DNA of 64,000 bases from Eledone cirrhosa. Its lineage: Eukaryota. Shown here piece by piece: positions 17,230 to 29,886 of the stretch. The stretch lies in assembly GCA_964016885.1 (NCBI GenBank), contig CAXHJY010000194.1, positions 62,001 to 126,000 of the forward strand. The letters run 5' to 3'. A program made the translations under genes and the position numbers. Under the pieces are notes generated by a model. The model saw nothing but the letters and a program-made list of their open reading frames with translations, did not search any database and was not told the DNA's origin. Position 1 is the stretch's first letter, and every line of letters starts with the position of its first letter.

Positions 17230-17321
17230 TGTGCATGTATGTTTATATAGCAGTAAGTGTTATATTCACTGCTAGATATGTGTGAAACTATAAAAGCTTG
17301 TATTTTTATTTCATGTTACAG

Positions 17322-17386
17322 CCATCTTCAAGTCATCAGGAGCGATGTACAGAACTAGAAAAACACATGAAAGGGGTTCATTTAAG
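17322..17386 (+). CDS. Internal coding exon (phase 0-2): PSSSHQERCTELEKHMKGVHL(R)
   Basis: Acceptor tttcatgttacag, donor AAG|gtgagt, 65 nt; frame continues from the previous exon. Confidence 0.85.
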
Positions 17387-17439
17387 GTGAGTTCCCTTCA
17401 CAACTTCTTTGTATTTCCCTCATTAACAGTTATATAAAT

Positions 17440-17770
17440 TACCTGATATGCCTTGCTGTCATCGATTTAGTGTGTATAATACAGTCCATGTTGTTATGGA
17501 GACATTCAGTGTCCTTGGTCCCCCAGATTACCACAGAGGAATGTAAGTTGACTAAATACCAGGCCTTCACTGACCATTTCATTTTTGTTCCGGTCACCAT
17601 TATGATCTCCACTTTCTTCAGCCTCCAAACTATCATTGTCATCTACAAGTTCGGGAGATGTGCATCTTGCCTGAGGAAGGAGTCTCATGAGGTGGGATAG
17701 CTGATGCACCAGATAATGCTGGCTGTTCTTTGCAGCAATGCTTTCACCATCTTGTATTTTGGTGCAGAGA
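17440..17770 (+). mobile_element. Decayed 3' end of a non-LTR element with a restriction-like endonuclease (CRE-like)
   Basis: EECKLTKYQAFTDHFIFVPVTI...HQIMLAVLCSNAFTIL resembles the E.K..KY...F.F.P...R.S.A.QRGNA..IL ending of CRE-type ORFs; contains a stop. Confidence 0.45.
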
Positions 17771-18159
17771 AGATGTACCATCCAGCCCACTGTACAATGC
17801 AATGGTTCCCAACCAAGGGGTATATATGCAGTGTAGGGCAATGGATTCCGACCTAGGAGTCAATGCTTCCCAACCCAGGAGTCAATGCCTTACAACCTAA
17901 GTGTCTATAAACATTACAGAGCAATGGTACCCATCCTTGGGGGTCTCTATAAAAGTTCCCACCCTAGGGGTATATAAAAGTTCCCAACATAGGAGTCTAT
18001 AAAGCAGAATAAGAGATCTGTGAGCTAAATTTAAAATTTCAAGGAATTTCTTAAAAAACAGAGAAAATAGGATCACAGGAAAAAATATGAGGTGGTGGTG
18101 ATAGTGAGAGGCAAAACTCTACACCTTTTGCTGGGTTGTATCTCTCAGGTGTACCCTAC

Positions 18160-19460
18160 ATGAGGATGATGGTGGTGATGATGGTGATGATGTTGATGAT
18201 GACGATAGTGGTGATGGTGATGGGGGTTGTGATGATGATGGTGGTGATAATGACGAAGATGATGATGATGATGATAATTATAATATGATGGTGATAGTGA
18301 TGGTGTTTTTGTATGGGCTTCGATGGGTAGTGGAAGAAATGAAGAAATGTGTGGCAGGGGTGGGGAGGTTAAGGGATGTATGAGGGATGATGTGTCGAGG
18401 TAGGGAGTTAGTGAGGTGAAGGGATGTATAAGAGGGAGGGAGAGGTGGGGGTGTATGGGTGAGGAGTAGGAGGAGGAGATGTGGTGGTGGGAACAGATTG
18501 AAAAGTGATGTAATTAAAGAGGTTTTAGTCTGTGGCAGCAAAAGTGGTGATTAAAATGTATGAGAGGGGGGCAGGGGAGATCAAAGTATGGGATGTGGTG
18601 GTGGTGGTGGTGAGAGAGATAGACAGATGATAGTATGTGGTGTTGGTGGTGGTGGTGGGAATGAATGAATGAAAGAGAGAGAGAAAGTTGATAGCATGTA
18701 AGCTGTGATGGTGGTGGGTGTGGCGTGAGGTTGAGTGAGAAAGAGAGAGAGGGATCAAAGCTAGTGAGTTGTGGTTTTATGGTGATGGGGAGAGAGAAAG
18801 AGAGTGAGAGAGAGAGAGATGGTAGCATGTGAGCTGTGGTAGTGGTGAGGTGGTGGTGGTGAGTTAGAGAGAGACAGATCAAAGCTAGTGATATGTCATG
18901 TTGTGATAGAGAGATAAGAGAGAGAGAGAGAGAGAATATACTCATCTCCGTCCCTCCCTCTACCCCCCCCCCCCTCTCTCGCATCATTGTTGATGTATGA
19001 CTCAGAGTGACAGACAGAACCAATGGATTCTTCTAGATTTTGGAACATTGCAGTGGGGGGAGGGGGAACAGTACTGCTAGCACACACACACACACACACA
19101 CACATGTATGAACACTCACATGCACTCATACATGTGCACACACACACACACATACACAACCATGTACTCTCTCATACATATACACTCATGTGCTCTCTCA
19201 TACATGCACGCTTATACACTCTCACACACACTCATGCACTCACACAAACACACTCATGTACTCACACACACACGCACTCTTGCACTCACACACAAACACA
19301 CACATGCATGCACACATATACATTCTCACATTCACTCATGCTTACACAGTCAATTGCATGCATACATATATATGTGTACACATATATACATATATACATG
19401 CATACATATGTATATACTCGTATGCATGTGCAGACATGCATATATGAGTACATCTATTGA
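18160..19460. repeat. Low-complexity (GAT/GGT)n, (GA)n and decayed (CA)n region
   Basis: Direct inspection. Confidence 0.85.
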
Positions 19461-20491
19461 ACAGACCCAATATCAACTCCAATGATGTGTGTCCTATTTG
19501 TTCAATCGATGGAACAGCTTTAACATGTCAGTGGCTGAGCATTCCAGAGACACGTGTACCTTTAACATGATACTCAGGGAGATTCAGTGTGTGACAAGAC
19601 TGGCCCTTTGAATTACTGATTCAGTCTATCTTGTATTTATAGTATAATTGACTGAACATTTACATTTGTATCTTAACGTAATTCTCAGGGAGATTCAGCA
19701 TGACAGTGTCTGACAAGTTTGGCTCTCTGAATTACATGGGCATCCAATCTGTTTATCTCTAGCTAATTTTACTCAGAAGGCTTGGGCTGACCTGTGGCCA
19801 TGATAAATGACATTTACCCCAAATACCACACAGTGGGACCAAACTTAGGGCCTTATTCCAGAAAAGAAAATATCTTAATCGTTCATCCATGGGGCTTCCA
19901 TGAATACATACATACATACACACACAAACACTCACATACATAACACATAAGCATGCATATATATATATATATATGCCTATATAAGAAATCATTGGATTGG
20001 CAGTATTGGTAGAGGGTCGGACGCCATGCTTTGACACATAGAGTTACGGCCCCTGCCATTCTGAGTTCAAACCTTGCCGAGATTAACTTTGCCTTTCATC
20101 CTTACGGGGTCGGTAAAATAAAATACTAGTAATACACTGGGGATAATTGCTGGCCTTGTGCCAAAAGTAGAAACAATTATTATTATCTCCATATAATATA
20201 TAACCAGCAATTTCTCTGTCTGTCTGTCTGTCCGACAGTGGAAACACGTGCGCGCATGCAAATGTTTTTTGCGCACGCGTAGAGAGAGAGTGAAAGAAAG
20301 AGACAGACTACAAGAGGGGGATAGCGGGAGGGAGAGAGGGGGGAATTGAGGAGTGCTACAGAAACATATATACATTTCTGTGTGTGTGTAATATATATAT
20401 ATATACACACACAGAAATATATATACATTTCTGTGTGTGTAATATATTTATATACTAGCAGAAAACCACCCGGTGGGCGGTTTTCTGCTAG

Positions 20492-21437
20492 TCTATATAT
20501 ATAAAACTGAGGATGTCTGTCTGTGTGTGTGTGAGTTTGATCCCTAAATCTAGAGAAGCACCCAACCGACTGTTTTCAAACTTTACACATGTAATACTTA
20601 TGTTTCAGGGAATGTTCTGAGCAAAAAAGATTTCCAATTTTCAATGCCCTAGGGACCGCATTAGGCGATTTAACGATCTCTCTCTATAATTCTTAGTCTT
20701 TCTCTTTTTAGATAGATAGATACATACATATAACGTCGCTCCCTTATAATATCTGTCTGTATGTCTGGCTGTCTGCATTACATCACTTCCCTGAGGATGT
20801 CTGTCTGTGTGTGTGTGTGTGTGTGTGTGCATCTGTGAGTTTGAATCCCTAAACCTCGAGAAGTACCCATCCGATTCTTTTCAAACTTTACACGTGTATT
20901 ATGTTTCAGAGAGTGTTATACACATAAACAAATTCAATTTTTTTATCTCCTAGGTGAAAAACTGCGTTTGATCTCATTAGGTGAAAAACTACGTTTTTTC
21001 AGGTTTTTAGGGGTTATTTGAGGCGTTACGTCAGACCGATTTCCTTGAAATTGTAACTATGTATTAGTCAGTCTCTTCTTCATACTGTGAGCAAAGAAAA
21101 TTCAACTTTTTTTATGGCCTAGGGCCCACATTAGGTGAAAAACTTCATTTTTTCATCTTTTTGGAGGCATTATGTCTAGCCGCTTTTCCCGAAATTTCAA
21201 GGCATATTATGACCATAAAAAAAATTCAATTTCTTGATCCCCTAGGGCCCGCATTAGGTCAAAACCTGCATTTTTCCTGCTTCATCGAGGAAAATCTTAA
21301 AGATTATCCAGCCATCAGAGTATTCGGTTTATTTTCTTTACATATTGTCCAGGCATGCAGTTTTTCCACAATTAGGTCTGTTGGCGGCCCGCGTTCCAAA
21401 ATACCTTATCCCGTGCAACACCGGGTACCACTGCTAG
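20492..21437 (+). mobile_element. Non-autonomous Helitron
   Basis: 5' TCTATATATATAAAACTG, internal (TCTG)/(TG) repeats and sub-repeats, subterminal hairpin CCCG-TGCAACAC-CGGG, 3' CTAG followed by T. Confidence 0.75.
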
Positions 21438-21454
21438 TAATATATCTATCTATC

Positions 21455-21750
21455 TAGGGCGAGTAAAATTCCCGAGATCCATGGACGAGTTCTCTCCAGC
21501 GGTCTCTGTCCCTCATTATCGCTGCCATGTCCTGCGTCTCCAACAGACCTTAGGGCATCAACATACGTTAACCTTGGTCTTCCTCTTCCAGTGTGTCCAT
21601 GTAGGGGCTCCCACAGGAGCACTGAGTGCAATGTCAACTCTGGATGTCGGTGAGCATGTCCAGCTAACCTCAGTCTCCTCTGTGTCACTTTTGAGCTGAC
21701 TCTTGGGAGGCTCCCATACAGCTCTGAGTTTTTCATCCGCAGTATATACT
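21455..21750 (-). mobile_element. LINE 3' fragment (RTE-related second family)
   Basis: [60 protein letters not shown]. Confidence 0.85.
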
Positions 21751-22075
21751 GATTAATGTTAATAATAATAATTGTTTCTTATATAGGCACAAGGCCAGCA
21801 ATTTTTGGAGGAGGGGAAAGTCGATTAAATTCATCCCAGTACATTACTGGTACTTTACTTTATAGACCCCGTAAGGATGAAAGGCAAAGCTAACCATGGG
21901 TGGGATTTGAACTCAGACCGTAAAGGGCCATAACTCTAATAAAAAGGACGAAATATTAAATTTTCATTATATCTATTGAGGTATGATGCACGTTTTGCGA
22001 TTGATCGGCTCAAGGTTCAATCAATATCGATCGACTCTGGAATCAAAAGCTCGTCAGACTTCTGTTATGGTAATG

Positions 22076-22110
<35 letters not shown>

Positions 22111-22289
22111 GAGATGGGATTGTCCATCTTTCCGTTGTTTTTTTTTCCATTGTCTTTGTCCTGTGTGGTCCCTATTTTGAATATATATATATATTCAAAA
22201 CTCAGAGGACAAAACTCTGATTCCATCAGAGAAATGGCCATGTTCGATATGTAGAAAAGGAACTGGCATAAATTCTATAACAGGTAGGG

Positions 22290-22996
22290 AAAACTGTGTA
22301 TGCAGTAGATGTACAGGGAAATTTTACAGTAGTAATCGCATTGATAGACACATTTTTCAAATGTGGGTGGGTTCTATAGAAGTGGTTGATAGCTTCTGGT
22401 ACCTAGGTAATCAGATTAGCATGGGACGAGGGTGTTCCGAGGCCATAGTATCTAGAATAAAGACGGGTTGGAAGAAGTTTAGGGAGCTGCTTCCTCTGTT
22501 GACAAAGAAGGGTTTCTCCCTGCGTACAACAGGCCGGTTATATGATGCCTGTGTGAGATGCACGATACTACATGGTAGTGAGCCATGGGCAGCAACTGCA
22601 GAGGATATACGACGGCTGGCGAGAAATGAAGCCAGCATGCTCCATTGGATGTGCAATGTCAATATGCATGAACGACCCAGCATAGATGAGTTGAGAGAGA
22701 AACTATGTATAAGAGGGATAAGTTGTAGTGTGTGGGAGAGAAGACTGAGGTGGTATGGACATGTGATGCGCATGGAGGATGACTGCTTGGTAAAGAAGTG
22801 CCAAGAAATCCCAGTAGAAGGAACACGCAGTAGAGGAAGATCACGGATAACATGAGCGGAGGTGGTGAGAGCAGACCTCAGATCACTGAAACTCACGGAG
22901 GAGATGATGAAGGACCGTGACAAGTGGAGAGATGCTGTGCTGAATAGGACCCGTCCCACCCTTGCAAGCAGGGAAAAGCAGACGTAAAATGATGAT
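22290..22996 (+). mobile_element. RTE-clade LINE 3' fragment, diverged subfamily with a very short tail
   Basis: ORF 22361-22855 GSIEVVDSFWYLG...[14 protein letters not shown]...RRLRWYGHV; ends GACGTAAAATGATGA. Confidence 0.92.
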
Positions 22997-23159
22997 ATAT
23001 TTATATATATATATATAAACAGTATTTTTTAACTCATGACAGTTCTAATCATTCTGTCAAGCGATGATGATGATATATATATATATATATGCAACAACCA
23101 TATATGCCCAGTTTAGTCATGTTGAACCCAATTAAACTCTCCATTCTTTGTTTTTTTAG

Positions 23160-23212
23160 GATGGACAACCAGTCTGGGAATTACTGCGCCAACTACATTT
23201 CACTAGATGGTG
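23160..23212 (+). CDS. Internal coding exon (phase 2-1): (R)MDNQSGNYCANYISLDG(G)
   Basis: Acceptor ttctttgtttttttag, donor GTG|gtaagt, 53 nt; phase matches the preceding phase-2 donor. Confidence 0.85.
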
Positions 23213-23552
23213 GTAAGTTGTCTATAATATATCTATCTATATACCCATCTCTGTTCATTGTTACTCCATGTCTATCTGTATATTTGCCCCTCTCTATGTC
23301 CCTTCCTCCCCTCTGTCAATCCATTCCTCTAGTTATCTATTATATACACCCACCAACTTCTATATATACCCACCTCTCTTTATTGTTTCCCCTCTCTGTC
23401 TCAGTATATCTGTCTGTATGTCCCCATATCAGTCTGTCTCACTACGTCAGTCTGTCGGCCCCATGTCAGTCTGTCTGGATGTACCAATGTCTGTCTGTCC
23501 ATATGTCCCCATGTCTGTCTCACTGTCTGTGTCCTCCATGAGTCTCTGTACT

Positions 23553-24345
23553 CCAATGTTACCCCACCCCACTATACCCAATGTTACCCCACACCACTAT
23601 ACCCAATGTTACCCCACACCACTATATGTAATGTACCACCCCACTATACCCAATGTTACCCCACACCACTATACCCAATGTTACCCCACACCACTATATG
23701 TAATGTCCCACCCCACTATACCCAATGCTACCCCACCCCACTATACCCAGTGTTACCCCAACACACTATACCCAATGTTACCCCACCCCACCCCACTATA
23801 CTCAATGTTACCCCACACCACTATACTCAATGTTACCCCACACCACTATACCCAATGTTACCCCACACCACTATACCCAATGTTACCCCACACCACTATA
23901 CCCAATGTTACCCCACACCACTATACCCAATGTTACCCCACACCACTACACCCAATGTTACCCCACACCACTATATCAAATGTTACCCCACCCCACTATA
24001 CCCAATGTTACCCCACCCCACTATACTCAATGTTACCCCACCCCACTATACCCAATGTTACCCCACCCCACTATACCCAATGTTACCCCACACCATTATA
24101 CCCAATGTTACCCCACACCACTATACCCAATGTTTTCCCACACCACTATACCAAATGTTATCCACGCCACTATACCCAATGTTACCCCACACCACTACAT
24201 CCAATGTTACCCCACACCACTATACCCAATGTTACCCCACACCACTATACCCAATGTTTGCTCACACCACTATACCCAGTGTTACCCCACATCAATATGC
24301 TCAATGTTAACCCACAACAATACCCAATGTTACCCAACACTATTA
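23553..24345. repeat. 25-bp minisatellite (CCCAATGTTACCCCACACCACTATA)n, about 31 copies
   Basis: Period 25 read directly (23851 to 23876). Confidence 0.95.
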
Positions 24346-24637
24346 TAACTAATGTCCCCACAACAATACAAGATTTTTTTCCAGTATCCATATTTTAATA
24401 ATACATGTAATGTTCAATTTATATTCATATATATATATGTATATGAGTCCCAGGTTCAATTGGAGGTAACCACAGTTAGTAAGGTACTCAATACATTAGT
24501 AGAGTGTAAACATCATGTTTAATATAGAAATGGCTTCTACAGGACTAGAACTTTCATTCAAAAGAAATCATCAGGAAACCATCTTTTGAATGAAACAGTT
24601 TTAGTCCTGTAGAAAATATTTCTATATTAAACTTTAT

Positions 24638-25112
24638 ATCATCATCATCATAATCACCGTTTTACGTCCATTCTTTCACGCTAGCATGGGTTAGACGAGT
24701 TGTCCTGTTGTGGCAATGCCAGGTCAGGTGACTATGTCTAGCTGATAGAGAACTGATTTTGGCTTGATTTCTACAGCTGGATGCCCTTCCTAGCACCAAC
24801 CTCATTTACAGTGAGTACTGGGTGCTTTTTACCGTGGCGCCTACACGACCACTTTACAGTAGAAGGGGGTGGGGTCATACTGTCTATAAGCTTCAGCTTC
24901 GGCTTGTACTCACATGAAGTCGGGTCTTCTGAATTACTGCATAATGCCAGAGGTCTCGGTCCTGTGTTATCGCCTTTGAGGGGTGCAATTGGGCAAGATC
25001 AGATTTTATCACCTCATCCCAGGTCTTCTTGGGTCTCTCTACTCCAAGGCTTCCATCGACTTTTAGTGTTCTGCGCCTTTTTATGCAGCTGCCAAAGTTA
25101 TTTATCACTGAT
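24638..25112 (-). mobile_element. RTE LINE 3' end (ORF terminus and UTR)
   Basis: KVDGSLGVERPKKTWDEVIKSDLAQLH...DRDLWHYAVIQKTRL, then the shared tail and (CAT)n. Confidence 0.88.
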
Positions 25113-25516
25113 GCACTGAAGATCTCAATAAATGATAGTTAAAAATACCACTTACAAAATTCTGTACATATATAGAATAACTTTTACAGAGTTAGCTAAG
25201 GGCAGACTCCTAGCAGAACAACCTAAAATATGCTCTACTCTTAATCTCGCCATTACTGCAGTTTCTTCCGATAAAAAAAATATTGGACATTTCATTATAT
25301 ACAATGGACGATATTCAAGACCTTCAGAATCGTTAGATAGCTTCTTTGAAAGTATAATTAAATATCTGCCTGTTTCTGGAGGGAACAGCCATCCATTGCC
25401 ATTCCGACATGGTATAGATTTTCACATGTATGTAGATCAAGCAAACAAGTGTATATTTGTACACAGGACAAAGACAAGTATAAATGCCCCTAGCTAAATT
25501 TGTAAAAGTTATTCAA

Positions 25517-25531
25517 TATATGTATATATGT

Positions 25532-25593
<62 letters not shown>

Positions 25594-25782
25594 AGATATA
25601 TATGTATATATATATATGTATATATATATGTATATATGTATATATATATATGTATATATATATGTATATATGTATATATATATATGTATAGATATATATG
25701 TATATATATATATATATATGTGTATATATATATATGTGTATATATATATATATGTATATATATATATGTATATATATATATG

Positions 25783-25813
<31 letters not shown>

Positions 25814-25816
25814 GTG

Positions 25817-25863
<47 letters not shown>

Positions 25864-25866
25864 GTG

Positions 25867-25916
<50 letters not shown>

Positions 25917-26090
25917 TATATGTGTATATATATATATATGTATATATGTATATATGTATATATATATGTATGTATATATATATATATGTGTATATATATA
26001 TATATGTATATATGTATATATATATATGTATATATATATGTATATATATATATATGTATATATATAGATATATATATATGTATATATATT
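25517..26090. repeat. (TA)n/(TG) microsatellite
   Basis: Direct inspection. Confidence 0.95.
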
Positions 26091-26832
26091 TAGAAACACA
26101 CAGATACATGCGGACACACACATATATACATGAATGCATCCGCACCCAACTGTGAGTTAAGAGTGCCAACTTCACCGATGTTGCTCAATGAATGACTGGG
26201 ACAGACCAATTCAGTTTGAACCAGACTGAACCAGTATCAGAGTTAAAAATACATTATGAAGAGAGAAGAAACATTTAGATATAATTAGTAATAAAATGTA
26301 TCATACCTAAACTGTTCCTAAATTCCTCGACTACGTAGTTTCGTGGCATAAACAAAAACAATATATCAAAGATATAGAGTCCTTGCGAGGTCTGCCGACT
26401 TATCAAGAGGATACCTCATTTTACTAGTCTCAAGAACGCGTCTACACGACGTGAGAAAGAATCCCAAAAGGCGGAGGGGGAGATAGTCACGCGATATAAC
26501 GGTCGAGAAACAGAGCTAAGCCTCTTATAACCACGAAGAAAATACCACGGAGGCGGAGGGGGTATTCATATCGAGGCCGTAGAAGAGGTAGTGAAGAAGG
26601 CGAGAAGTATGAGTAATGGAAGCTTTCCAGTTGTCCCCACACTTCAAAGATTGCTCGACCAGAGGGAGTTATTAATATATTTAGAAACACACAGATACAT
26701 GCGGACACACACATATATACATGTTTTTGTTTATGCCACGAAACTACGTAGTCGAGGAATTTAGGAACAGTTTAGGTATGATACATTTTATTACTAATTA
26801 TATCTAAATGTTTCTTCTCTCTTCATAATGTA
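26085..26832 (-). mobile_element. Penelope-like remnant with an inverted duplication and a decayed hammerhead
   Basis: About 26250-26361 is inverted at 26721-26832; 26085-26132 recurs directly at 26676-26723. The - strand reads TCCTC-TTGATAA-GTCGGCA...TGCCAC-GAAAC-TACGTA-GTC-GAGGA. Confidence 0.6.
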
Positions 26833-26865
26833 TATATGTATATATATATATATGTATATATATAG

Positions 26866-26896
<31 letters not shown>

Positions 26897-26914
26897 TATA
26901 GATATATATATATG

Positions 26915-27004
<90 letters not shown>

Positions 27005-27042
27005 TGTATATGTATATATATAATATATATATATATATGTAT

Positions 27043-27685
27043 AATCAAGGTTTAGCAAATAGAGAAAAAGTTTTAAAATAAATTTTAAAAACTTCACTGT
27101 ACTTACTATATTTCCCCTTACCGCACGGTTTCAAGTCTCAAAATAAATGGATAATCCATGCAAACCACCATTGAGAAGGAGACTCTCGTCAGAGGGTTCT
27201 TCTCACTCGGAGAATATAAAATTCTCGAGTTCAAATCAAGAACTGGCGACATACAGAACTGTTCCCGGATGAGAGTGGATGATAAAGAAACAATCTTGTC
27301 TAGTGCCGTGTGTAAAGATAGAAGGCAGGGGCGGAAAGGTCAATGTCCTGTCACTAGAAATAGCAGCAGTTAAAAAACGACCAAAATGTTATCTCGACCT
27401 TAGGGGAGATTAATAATAATAAAGTATGTTTTCCTACGTGCAAAAAATGCGTATAGGGACACATGTATTATCCAACCATATGCCAATGTGGTTCTATGGC
27501 AGGTTAATAAATTAACAAGCCAGAACATATAAAATCAAGGTTTAGCAAATAGAGAAAAAGTTTTAAAATAAATTTTAAAAAGTTTACTGTACTTACTATA
27601 TTTCCCCTTACCGCGCAGTTTCAAGTCTCAAAATAAATGGATAATCCATGCGGAACACCATTCAGAAGAAGACTTTCGTCAAAGG

Positions 27686-27686
<1 letters not shown>
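27043..27686 (-). mobile_element. Penelope-like or retrozyme partial tandem: two direct repeats of about 150 bp, 490 bp apart, each with a hammerhead
   Basis: 27043-27196 recurs at 27533-27686; (TA)n on both sides. Confidence 0.75.
27115..27196 (-). ncRNA. Hammerhead ribozyme (type I), apparently intact
   Basis: - strand: CCCT-CTGACGA-GAGTCTC[loop]GAGACTT-GAAA-CCG-TG-CGG-TA-AGGG. All core nucleotides present, 7-bp stem II, stem III, GUA triplet. Confidence 0.8.
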
Positions 27687-27754
<68 letters not shown>

Positions 27755-27785
27755 GTATTGCAAACTTGACTGTCACCACTGAATA

Positions 27786-27824
27786 TGAACCTGAAGATTG
27801 CGAAAGCATGAAAGTACTTGTTCA
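27786..27824 (+). ncRNA. Minimal type I hammerhead motif
   Basis: TGAAC-CTGAAGA-TTGC-GAAA-GCAT-GAAA-GTAC-TT-GTTCA: 5-bp stem I, GAAA-capped stem II with one U.U mismatch, palindromic AAGTACTT at stem III. Confidence 0.65.
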
Positions 27825-27970
27825 ATTAACATTTAACACTTACTATTCTACCATACTATTTCATTATAATATCATTATAATTTTAAAGGATTGTAAATAA
27901 AACAAGTAAATCAGACAAAGTTGGAATTCCTTTTATTAATATAATCTTCTATACACAATCATACACACCC

Positions 27971-27999
27971 ATGTATATTTATTTATATATATATATATG

Positions 28000-28074
<75 letters not shown>

Positions 28075-28557
28075 GTATATATATATATGTATGTATATAT
28101 ATATATGTATATGTATATATATTTATATATCTATATATATATGTATATGTATATATATTTATATATCTATATATATATGTATATGTATATATATTTATAT
28201 ATCTATATATATATGTATATGTATATATATTTATATATCTATATATATATGTATATGTATATATATTTATATATCTATATATATATGTATATGTATATAT
28301 ATTTATATATCTATATATATATGTATATGTATATATATTTATATATCTATATATATATGTATATGTATATATATTTATATATCTATATATATATGTATAT
28401 GTATATATATTTATATATCTATATATATATGTATATGTATATATATTTATATATCTATATATATATGTATATATATTTATATATCTATATATATATGTAT
28501 ATGTATATATATTTATATATCTATATGTATATGTATATATATTTATATATCTATATG

Positions 28558-28588
<31 letters not shown>

Positions 28589-28643
28589 ATGTGTATATGT
28601 ATGTGCATATATATTTATGTATATATATTTATATATATATATG

Positions 28644-28674
<31 letters not shown>

Positions 28675-28713
28675 GTATATGTATATATATATAAATATGC
28701 GTGTGTGTGTATA

Positions 28714-28764
<51 letters not shown>

Positions 28765-28770
28765 ATATAT
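27971..28770. repeat. TA-derived array including a homogeneous 36-bp higher-order unit (about 28095-28560)
   Basis: Unit ATATATGTATATGTATATATATTTATATATCTATAT; 12-aa periodicity in the pseudo-ORFs. Confidence 0.9.
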
Positions 28771-28982
28771 TCACACATACACACACTGTAAATGTGGTTG
28801 GTGTTAGGAAGGGCACCCAGCTGTAAAAACCAAGCCCAAATCAGTTCTGTATGAGCAAGACACAGTCATCTGATCTGACCTCTCTCACAATGGGTCAACT
28901 GGTCTAACTAATGCTAGCATGGAAAAATTGACAATAATCGGTGATGTTGCTGATATATATGTGTGTGTGTGTGTGCGTATGC

Positions 28983-29013
<31 letters not shown>

Positions 29014-29118
29014 CATATACATATATATGTGTGTGTGTGTGTGTGCATATACATATATATGTGTGTGTGTGTGTGTGCGTATACATATATATATGTGTGT
29101 GTGTGTGTGTGCGTATAC

Positions 29119-29152
<34 letters not shown>

Positions 29153-29842
29153 AAAGGATGTGTGTTTAGAAAGCAGTCAGCGGGATTTGAAAATTGAAAT
29201 AGAAGATTTCACTGTGACTTTGACTAGATTATATAGTGTAACAACAATAGGGCATGTAATCCCAGTGAATGGAGAAAGTTGGGCATCAGTACACATGGGT
29301 GCTGATGCTTATTTTGTTCCATACACTGGGATTATATAACCTATTATTGTTACACTACTTAGTCAAAGTTACAGTGACATCCAATTAAATTTATATATAT
29401 TTGTATATATGTATATATGCATGTGTGGGTGTGTGTGTGTGTATGCATATGTGTGTATATATATGTGTGTCTATATACTAGCGTGGATATTACACGTTAA
29501 ACGATGATGAGGATCATGATGATATATATATGTATGTATATGTGTTTGTGTATATATCATCATCATCGTTTAATGTTCATTTTCCATGCTTACATGAGTT
29601 GAATGTGCTATGTTGTATGGTTAGCTAGGTCAGGCATCCATGTCTTGCTCATGCATTCTATTTTGGGCTTGGCTTCTATGGCTTGATGCCCTTTCTAATG
29701 CCGACTACTGTACAGTCTGTACTGGGAACATGGCTTCTATAACTGAATGCCCTTCCTAACACCAAACACTTTACAGTGAGTACTGGCAATATTTCATCTC
29801 TCTCTCTAAATATATATATATATATCCGAAGCGGTGGGAGAG

Positions 29843-29886
29843 ATCGTCCTGACGATGGGCAGTCAAGCCTGAAATGCATAGAGGGT
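29843..29886 (+). ncRNA. Minimal hammerhead motif in an insert of about 170 bp between (TA)n tracts
   Basis: ATCGTC-CTGACGA-T-GGGC-AGTCAA-GCCT-GAAA-TGCA-TA-GAGGGT; palindromic ATGCAT at stem III; one G.G mismatch in stem I. Confidence 0.65.

Noticed and set aside
23268-24398. Pro/His/Thr/Tyr repeat ORFs
   Set aside because: A 25-bp minisatellite open in all three + frames, downstream of a donor site.
25132-25497. 121-aa non-repetitive ORF
   Set aside because: No recognisable motif or splice signals, non-informative composition, and it lies between a LINE end and (TA)n; probably decayed transposon sequence.
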